Shown here one piece after another: positions 24,349-34,800 of a DNA stretch of 50,226 nucleotides; positions within the stretch are counted from its first letter, which is position 1, and each line of letters begins with the position of its first letter. This stretch comes from Octopus bimaculoides (Eukaryota): NCBI RefSeq assembly GCF_001194135.2, contig NC_068981.1, positions 127,313,846-127,364,071 on the forward strand, in the 5' to 3' direction. The notes beneath the pieces were generated by a model. That model made no database searches. It was not told the DNA's origin and was given only the letters and a program-made list of their open reading frames with translations. Position numbers and translations under genes: made by a program.

Positions 24349-25047
24349 GGTGTCCATCTGGAGGATTCGTCATCTTCAAATTCTGGATCAAAAGGTTGGA
24401 CAGAGAATGAATTGGAATATTTCATAAGACAGTTAATGAACCCCCAAATATACAATAATAAAAATACAACAGCTTCTTCAAGTTGGTCTCAACAAGTTAC
24501 AACAAGTAGTCAGACATCTGTCCCATTGGAACCATCCATTATTTCAGGTGAATTACTCAACAAATGTCATATTGGTTCTTCATCAGAACATTTACCAAGA
24601 AAAGTCATCTTACACAACGATAAAAAAGCATGTGTTTGTCAGGAGAAAAGGAAAGCTAAACATCGGACATTAGTAAATCACCATAAAACAAAAAGTGGAG
24701 AATTAAATTATGAGTCAACTATAGAGATCTCAGTTGACTCTGTACTAGACAAAGATATCTCCAGAAACGGACAGTATCTGTGTAGAGATTCCACCACCAT
24801 AACGGCGTGTGCCGGATCTGTTCATTGTGTGCACTTTACCGACTCATGTTCGGATGATCCGGATTCTTCAGAAAATCCACAGTCACAAGTCTCCAAAATG
24901 GAGAAGAGCCATGATGGCCGCAAGAAAGAACAGAAAAGACGTTTTTTTCATCGGATGATACCACGACCTTTAAGAAGAAGTCACAGTTGTGGAAATGCTA
25001 AAGATCTGGACAGTTCTGGTAAAACTACTAAAACAGAAATTGAAGTG
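24349..25047 (+). CDS. RGS gene: large Ser-rich N-terminal coding exon (233 codons)
   Basis: Acceptor atttcaag|GGTGTC and donor GAAGTG|gtaggt. The 699-nt frame is open (GVHLEDSSSS...KRRFFHRMIPRPLRRSHSCGNAKDLDSSGKTTKTEIEV), the longest non-N ORF in the window. The phase-0 donor fits the phase-0 acceptor at 45280. Linkage to the RGS exons across 20 kb is inferred. Confidence 0.8.
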
Positions 25048-28000
25048 GTAGGTAATAACATTGTTCTTTTATGTTGTTATTAAAAGGAGAACACTAATGT
25101 AAAACAATACGTTTATTGTTCAAACAATAAATGCATCGTGAAACAATAAATTTATTGTTTTAACAACCCAACATTCTAAGGGACTTCTCAGAAGTATTTT
25201 AATAAGTTCCTGATCTGATTTTATATGTTAATGAATAAGTTGTGCAACTTTGATTCTGACAGAGAGACAGTAAACAATTTAACCTTTTAGTGACTACACT
25301 TCTTTTGAGTTAACTCAATGTTTCAATTAGTTTTCAATATAACTATGAATTTTGAGGGACTTAGTAAAATATCTGCAACATTTATATGGATATATCTTAT
25401 GCTAGTATTGACTAGCACATATCATATTCATTTATGAAATTTTAATTGAGAATTTAATTCAAATATGAACACAGTTTGGGCTGTCTCAGGGTTAAACAAA
25501 ATTTTAATATCAACCTAGAAACATATATATTTGTTTCTGAGAACTAGTCACTCTCCCATGGACATCCAAATACTTTGTTATTGGTATTAATCTGCTTCTA
25601 ACTTGAAGCATGTTTCTCAAAATATAACTATTCTATAACCTTTCAAATGTCCTTGGATTACAACTGAAGGCTTCAGTCTCCTTATAGTGCAAATAGCAGA
25701 CCAAGCTAACAAATGTTAGCTAGAAGTTACAAAGTGTAATGGAAACAAAGTAGAGACTTACAGGTTTCTCTGAACCCTAAGGTTAACAAAAATTATACTA
25801 CTTCATTGTTTATAGCTTTAGTTGAAACTGTTCCAACCATGGTAACATTTTATGCAAAAATCTGCATTGTAGAAGACCTCAATAAAGGACAGATTCAGTT
25901 ATATTTTTGCTCAATTCTAGTCCCTAGATACTCCATTTTATAACATCTACTCTGTTTTTACAAACAATTTACAACAGATCTGATCTTTCTCTTGAATTTA
26001 AGCCAATAGTAATTGGTACAGTTTACTAAACATACTATTCTTCTTCATCCACTCTTTTTTTCCTTCATTTTCTTTTTGTGTAAAATCCAAACAAACAAGC
26101 TCATCTTTGGTATACAAGTTTGTCTTCTTGTTAACTGGGTGGGAGTATTCCTTTTTGGTGCTGCTAATGCATGAACAAATAAACAGTAAATTTATTTCTG
26201 GTACAGAATGTTAATCTGAGAATTTATTTTTCATTATTCTTTTTTTTTTTTTTGTCTCAACTTTTTTCTTTCACTGGCATCAAACAACAGAGAAAAATAA
26301 TTAAAAGACAAACTAAAGTTTGTCTAAAAAAGTAATTTTAAAAATTTGTTCATAAAAATAACTATTATATGTGACTAAGTTATATGTATGTTGCTTAAGG
26401 GAAAGCTTTCATCTCAGTTCTCAGTGAGCATGCACACACACACATGAAAATCTATTGTTTTTGCTCCTCTTTCAAGTTGTTGATCTTTTAATACTGAGAT
26501 CACTGTAATTGCTCCCCAAATAAGTCATTATCATCACCATCAAGAGTTGTTGTAGAAGACAATTACAAAAGTGCTATACAGTGTAATCAAACCCACATGG
26601 TTACAAAACAGACTTGCACTCAGGCAGTTCAGTACTTCATTTTCCATTAAGCTTTTGAGCTATTCTTTTATGCGTTTCAGCCCAAAAGCTGTGGTCACGG
26701 TGAGGTACTGCCAGAAGCTATATAGAGATTTTTACAACTGTTCTTCTTTATTGGTGTATCTATGTCTTGTTCTTCTGTTATAATTCCATTCACATCTAGG
26801 ATTAATTTATAAGAATATTAAATCAACATCAGTACTTTATTGGTACTTTATTTTATTGACCTTGGAAGAATGAAAGGCAAAGTTGGCCGCAGTAGAATTT
26901 TAACATTGAAGATAAAGGGAAATAATCAAATGCCACAAGTATTTTTACCTGATGTTCTGGTGAGTCTGCCAGTCCATCACCTATATCTGTAGTATGTGTT
27001 TTCTATAAGTTTGAGGATACTGATATATTGTTGAAATCAGAGCTAGTATTTTTTACAGCTAGGCCGCTTTATTAACAGTAATCACTTGAACTGAAAATTA
27101 TAGCTTTCTTGAATTGATCAAACGCTTAACAGAATAAAGTGCCTTGCTTATGAAGTACTACACTGTAGCTCCAGTAAGGTTTGAATTTATGATTTTAGAT
27201 TGATAGCTTAACTGTTCATCATTCTAAATATGTGAATGACGTCTCAAAATTCATTGAATTCTGTGGCCGCAACTTCAAATAGGGCAGTGGTTTCCAACTT
27301 TGAATTTTCAGGCCTCTCTGTGTCCACAGATGTAGTACTAGGGTGTTTCTGTGTTGTGTTCATAATTTTAAAAACGCTGCAGTGTAAAATGCATAATTAC
27401 TCAGTTACATGTATTGCTTAGTTTAGAGATGAAACTTGGAAAATTAAATTGTTAACAGAATTGGTTTATTAAGTAGACAAATTTTTCAAGGGTCTGTTGG
27501 AAAATCCATTTAAATGGTGAAAGATTAATAGTGCAAAGGTTGAGAGTCACTGGCTTAGAGTGACTAATTACAGTTAGGTGTGCCAAGCCATTATGAGATA
27601 GAACCCATTGTAGTGCGGGTAATATGGGATACTGTTGACTCTTCACCAAGTATAACTCTAGTACTATACACTCAATCAGTTTTACTCTTTTTGTATCTCT
27701 AAAATATATCTGTTCATCATGAACAAATGGGTGGGACATTTTTGCAGTTATATTTTATGTAGTATATCCTTTGTTATGGATATAACCAGTTAGAAAGTTA
27801 CCATTAGTTTTACGCACTTTGGCAATATAGGCCAAGTGCAATAAGATGTTACACTAATGGTAACTTTCTGAACAGTTATATGTTATAAACAATGATATAC
27901 TACTTGACAAATATAACTACTCAAAATTTCTTTTAAAGTGTGCTTTTTTTTATATTTCTGACTTATGGACAACTGACCTACACACACACACATATAGTAC

Positions 28001-30954
28001 CCATATTAGTGGCAGGTTGTAAAAGGCAGAGTAAGTCACTCCCTCTGTCTGTAGACAGAGGTGGCACCTTGAACAAGTGCTGACAACCCTCTTAGTCTCC
28101 TATACTAGGGATATGGTGAAGGAATCAGCAGCAGGATGTTGGATAACTGACAAAGTAGAGGGGTCCTAGACCAATGGCCTGAAGGCTTTTGTGGCCAAGC
28201 AGAAGGCTCTGTACCATCAGACAATGGTTGGGCATCAACTAGCTAGTGAGTGGCTACTGCAGGGTAGCCTCATCATTGACCATGCTCATTGATCTCTTGT
28301 ATACCACTTAGTACTTGATGTGGGGGCCCAGAGATGCAGTCTTGTGGAGAGACGATGACAACTGCCTCACTCACCATTCCAAAGGCATTTTGTTCTGAGA
28401 TTTCTGAACAGAACAATCATCATCAATCTACAATGGACAGCCAATGACAACGAGATGTATGTGTGTGTCTGGTTTTCATGTTTTTTAATGTTAAAATACC
28501 ATAATAAAAAACATGAAAACCAGACCATGTTTTAACTTTATTCATCTGATATATTATTCTATACACATTCACATTGGTGCTTTGTTGTACCAATACTCTC
28601 TCTCTCTCTCTCTCTTCCTATATATATAAAACTAGTGATCATTATAGGTATAAATATACCATAAACAATTATATAAAAATGGAGGAGAAAAAGATGTTGC
28701 CTCAAAATTAGATTTAATGAATCCAAATTTTGCATTAAATCTAATTTTGATGCATCTTTTTCTCCTCCATTTTTATATAATTGTTTATGGTATATTTATA
28801 CTTATAACAATATTTTTCAACTACTATTTTCATATTCTTATTACTTGCTCTGGCTGCTTTTTATGAATATGATGAATCTTTATTAGAAATCATTTTTTTC
28901 TCTCTTTTTGGACCTCTCAAAAAGTTTGAATTGTTCTGTTTTGAACTTATTTCTTTCCACATAACACACACACACACACACATATATATTGTATAACTTG
29001 GGGTAATTCTTACTACTAACCATCAAACAGGAATGGAAACTGATTTGCTTTACCTGGGAGAAGTTGGCATCACTTAGTAATTATAACAATATTAGAACTT
29101 CTGGTCATGTGGTTGGGAAATCAAGCTTTGTTTTTTTTTGTGTGGGGGTTTTTTCTTCATGTTTACTTTTACTTCTTTGATTCTGTTTGTTCTTTGTAAA
29201 TCTCACCCCACACCTTGCTCTCTTTCTCTATCTCTCTACCTCTCACTCTAACACACCATAATTTACTTCATATAAGAGTCCTTTCTTCTTTCAAGCAGCT
29301 GCAGTATTTTATCTCTAAAATGATGTAACATTCCACCATCCCCACTGTCATTCTCTCAACTTTCTTCCTTCAATATCTTCTCTTTTCTCTCATCTCTCTC
29401 TCTCTCTCTCTCTCTCTACCCTACTTCCATTCTGGTTTTGCTTTTCTTTTTCCTCTTTCCTTATTCACTTTTCTCTCTCTTTTTTCTTCCCTTACATAGT
29501 ATATTTCTCTTTATTTTCTATTTCTACTGATTCCCTGCTCTTATTTCACTCTTCCTATTTCCGACATGTCCAACTGTTACTATAGCTTCATTTCCCTGTA
29601 TAATTATTTACATAGATAAATACAATATCTGTGTGTGAATGTATCACACATCTTTCATTGAACACGGGTTCCTTTAGTTTGTTCTATAGAACTACCAAAT
29701 ACTCCATAGACTTCTACCCAATTTCATTAGCAAGGTTTGGTTGACCTGGATCAGACCTAGAGAAGACACTTGTCCTCAAACTGTGATAGAGAGGTGGACT
29801 TCTCAACCACTCAGAAAAGAAATAGTAGTAAGTTAACCACAACCACCACCAGGCACCAACTCATTAATTATCTATGCCACTACTGTTATCCCTAAGATTG
29901 CTAAGCATCGGACAAAATACCTTGCAGTATTTCTTCTGGCTCTTTAACCTTCTAGAGTTCAAATTCCACTGAGTTCAATTTTGTCATTTATCCGTTGGGA
30001 GTAGGTGGTGGGGTAATTCATAAACTAAAGTACCAGTCAAATACTAGGGTTAGTTTGATCGTCTATTCCCCTCCTCCAGATTTCAGCCTTTGTGCCTATA
30101 TCAGAAAACATTATCATTACTACTACTACTACTACTACTTCTACTATTGGTGTTACTACTCATAATATTGCTATGAGTACCCCCTACGGTTACTATAACC
30201 ACCTACGCTGTTTATAGTCACCGTCATTGTTATTACTACTACTACGTTTACTGTTGCTGCACAATCTAACATGACTATTTGCAGTACCACCTACGCAGCT
30301 ACAAGGCGTTGCTAAAAAAATCACTATTTCTACTACAACTACAACTACTACTATCATCACAGCCAATATTTATTCACCGTTATTATTAGTAGTCGTGGTA
30401 TTACTACAAGTAGTAGCTGTAGTAGGACTGCTATAATCACACACATACAAGTGTTTCAACTATTCTCCAACAGCAGTTCTCAGTTCTCAAGGCACACACG
30501 GACAGGTGGGTGGCCTTTTTCTCTTTCGTTTTTTATTTTTATTTTGGCCTGACTGCTCTAACCGTTGCGATCACCACCAATCGACATGAGACTTGGCAGG
30601 GTTATTTATATTTAAGAAAATTTATCGATTTCTTTTAGTTAGGTTTATAATTCTAACTCAGCTACATTGTAAATCTAAATACTGCTATGATGGTCAGTTT
30701 TTCTTTCCATCATACATTCTCAAATTGATTTAAGTGACCATATAATGAAACGCCTTTTTTGTCTCTATATATTCAGTTGGAATCCTTTTCTTGGGCAGAT
30801 AAGAATTATTGTTTAAGATGGGCGCGATGTGATGAGAATAGGGTCCATCGCAGAGATTAAACTGGGCTTTTGTTTTGAAATACGTTCTTCACAATAATGG
30901 TTAATTGATAAGAGATTCTTTTATCTATAAATAGGACGTAAATACCGGATGAAG

Positions 30955-30989
<35 letters not shown>

Positions 30990-31786
30990 TATGTGTTGCT
31001 TTGATTCACTATCTGTCTCTTGTTCTTGGCTTCTCTTTTATGTCTGTTTATCTTCACGTGTGCTTCTGGTCGTTTCTCTCTCTCTCTCTCTCTCTCTCTA
31101 CCTCTCTCTCTCATATATACTGGTCGTTTCCCCCTCCCCTTCTCTCATATATATATATATAATGTAAACAAAATTCGTTCCACCATCTTCTATTTATCAA
31201 TAATATAAAAAGAAACTGAATTCTACTTTTTTCTGCATTTGTTTTTTAGATTTTTTTTCTTGCTCTGTGTGTGTGTGTCAAGCACACAACCATTACACTA
31301 CACCTGTTCGCTCGACCTATTAAAAGTAGCAGCTAAATCTCCTACAAATCATACCCTGCCCGCTTAAAGGACACATTGTACAATAGAGTCCTAAACATAC
31401 TTCTTAAAATACGTAGTGGTCACGGTTTGAATGAATTTGATTATAGTTCTGCTCGATCAGAGTTGACCTAGGAACACACATACACACACTCGCTCGACCA
31501 CGTACCCTTCAGAAGTGCTTATCGTTTAGCTCCTGGTTAGCCCTGACCAAGTAAATATCTTATCAAAAGTATTCTTGGTATGACCATATCTCCCTTTTTT
31601 TTCTTCAGATTTAATTTATCTTACTTTCTATTATCCAATTTCTCTTACCTTTTCAAAGCAGAAGAATATGATCTGAGGGAGTTTTCGGCTGTTATTTCAA
31701 GCAGCTTAAGCAACTGTTGGCTTGTGTTTTACTGCTTGTATGCATGCCAAATGTATGTTGTGTAAACATGTCCTTATTTCACATTC

Positions 31787-31834
<48 letters not shown>

Positions 31835-34800
31835 CATCATTCCATCATCACCTACAGGCATCCCTTGCATTATGGATTTCTGCGTTCCTGCAAATTTTGC
31901 AGTAACCTATTTGACGCGAAACCTATTTTCCATCGATTTCCATGTTATAAATTAAATGCATTCCGAAGAATTTTTGGGAGAGGGAAAACAGGCAGTACAA
32001 CCACTTTTTCGACATGAAAATATTGTTTTTAACACTCGCAGTATAATATGTATACATAAACATTTGAAGAGATATGCATTAGGGGAATAGATAAACATAT
32101 AAGTAATTTCGTAGTACAGTGGACACTCACCACAAATGGTGTTGATTTCTGTGTAATAAGTGATGGTGGGACAATAGGAGTCACTGGGAGAAAACGGGAT
32201 ACTATCTTCCTCTCTGAGGGTCATCATCATCAGCTAAGCTTGTAAACACCTTGTAATTTTTATGTCACTTTCACGATTAGATTCGTTATCACTAAAGACT
32301 TACAAACCTCTATAATGCACAACCCTTTAGTCATATCCTAGGTACTCAACTGAAGTGTAATGGTTGAATGCCTTCTTCTGACTGAAGCTTACTCTTGTTC
32401 TGGTATCATCAGCTGTTCATTAGACAAAGTTTCTCTTTGGGACCCTAGCAACTCAACCATATTAGTTTCTACAGCTTTTTCAACCCTGCATCAGTTGACA
32501 GTGCCACAATATCTCCTAAGCTTGATGTAGAGTTTCTGCTGGTGGAAAAACCTGCCAAATCACAGTACAGTCTGGCCGTATGATTTTCACAGCTGAGGGT
32601 TTCATTTCAACCAATTATGTAACTAATATTATTTACTGTATCCATAATGTTGAATTTTTTCCAGAAATATCTAACTGTAGATTTATTTTTCCCATCAATT
32701 GCTTTTATAAATTTTTCCGAAGTTCTCTGATAACATACTTTTACTTTGCTTTCTTTCATCTTCTGGCTGTTGTGTTTATAGTGCAGTTTGTTGCTCATAT
32801 CTTCAAAGACTCTTCTGTTTATTTTGACTTTTCTTAGCACTAAATAATCTTTTATTTTGGCACAAGGCCAGCAAATTTGAGTGGGGAGGAAGTTAATTCT
32901 ATCGACCTCAGTGCTCAACTGGTACTTCTTTTATCGATCTTGAAAGGATGTAAAGCAAGGTCGACCTCGGCAGCCACTAAGTAATTTGTCTGGTGCAGTA
33001 GTGATCCTGCCTTCTTAGCACTAATTAACAACCTAATGCCACACCACTCCTTTCATCAAGTATTAATCAAGTTGTGCTCCTTTTTCTGAAGATGATACTG
33101 TGGACTATTTGGTGTTCTGTTTTCTTGTCCAGTGGCATCCATATCACTTAGTAGATTTTGTTGTGGGGAAATATGCTACTTTTGATAGATATATCATTAA
33201 AAGCACTCCAGTTTGTGTAAAATTCTACATTCCTCTTCATTACACTCCGACCACGAGTGTCTATAGCAAGCTGTTTCCCCTTCTTGTTTCTTCCGAATTT
33301 CATACTCAAATTGCTCTTAATAACCTTTCTCTTTTCACTCTCTTGATGACAGCAGTTGTCAAAATTCTCTTTCTCTTTTTGGTCCATGTTATTTGTAGGA
33401 GCATAGACCTGGATAACTGCAATCAACTTTCTTTCTGTATTGAATCTTGCACTCACAATATGAGTTTCCATTTGAAAAATGCTTTTGTTGCCCTGGTATC
33501 ATCATGATAACCACACCTTCCATGCTATCTTACTTTTTACTTTCACCACAAACCAGTTTTATCACTCTACTCTCATAGGTTCCTAACACTTAAATTACAG
33601 ATTTTCTCTTCTCTTTCATTAATTGGGATACCTTGCTTACCCTTTTCCAATTTTTGTTGCTTTTATCAACAGGAGATTCATCTTTGACCTGATTTCCCAA
33701 AAGTTTTCACCAGGTTCCTTCATGTGTCCTCCTACTGTTGTTTCTCCCAGTCAAACATAGACCTTTTATTTCTGTAGTTGCTACTGAGATTTCTGTTACT
33801 ATTGCAATGTTTTATAGGGTGGAGTACTTAATCTCATGCCTCCCTCATCTCCTTTATACAGATTCTTAACTTCCCATACAAAAATAAGAGACTCAATACA
33901 ATGACAGTATTTCGGAATTGTACTTATTTAGTAAATATCTTGATCTGATTAATGTCTTAACAGTATTATCTACAATGAAAGGTTAAAATGTTTCACTGCA
34001 CTCCTGTGGTCTGGTAATGATGCAATTTGCCTGAATCTTTTGGGAGTTTGCATTGTACAGTGAAAATTGCAAGAATAATCCTCAAGGGTTCATAAGCAAT
34101 TGGACAATCCTGATAATATGCTAGCTATTGATTCAATGAATAATATTCCTCCATAATGATGGAGTTGTTTCAAAGAATTATCATCATTATTAACCCTTTA
34201 GCATTTAGATTACTCTGTCAAATGTAATATTTATTCATTGGCATTGTTTTGAATTAATCATGCATTATCTTTAGATTTCAATGATGGAATTATTTATTTT
34301 AGAATGACATTATATGGTAGGTATAGGAAACCAGATCTGGTCATTTTGAACATAAAACACTGAACTATTCTGGCTGGATATGGCCAGTTTAAATGTGAAA
34401 GGGTTAAAAGTGTAAAAGATTCATCATCATCCTCATCATCATTTCAATGTTCATTCCATGTTTGTATGGTTCAGACAGAATTTTGCTGAGGCAGATTTTC
34501 TACAGCCAGATGCCCTTTTTGTTGTCAACCTTCACCTTTTTCCAAGTTAGGTAATATTTCCTCATAGCCAGACATGTTTTCACAGGATAGTGGAAACAAA
34601 GGACACTACTTGCATTGCATAACGGTGACATCTATTTACAACTATCACATGATATCAAGGCAAGGAGACATTAACACACACACATGATAGGCTTCTTTCA
34701 GTCTCTGTCTATGAAATGCATTCACAAGGCTTTGGTCAGCCTGGGACTATAGTAGAAGGGACTTGTGGCATTTAGTTTTTGTCCTTCCATCCAATCTTCT

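Larger units (their letters stand above)
30480..32040. promoter_or_regulatory. CpG-retaining (probably unmethylated) island in the 20-kb RGS intron; candidate internal promoter
   Basis: Frequent CpG (accgttgcgatc, gggcgcgatg, gttcgctcgacc, ctcgctcgaccacgt, gacgcga) against almost CpG-free flanks; contains (GA)n/(CT)n tracts. Judged by eye. Confidence 0.45.

Noticed and set aside
27452-27739. 95-aa minus-strand ORF
   Set aside because: Overlaps a MITE end; no recognisable motifs or splice signals.
28412-28456. 45-nt AG...GTATGT candidate exon
   Set aside because: Weak acceptor, lies in repeat-like sequence, does not fix the phase problem, and is unnecessary once 45280-45404 is used.
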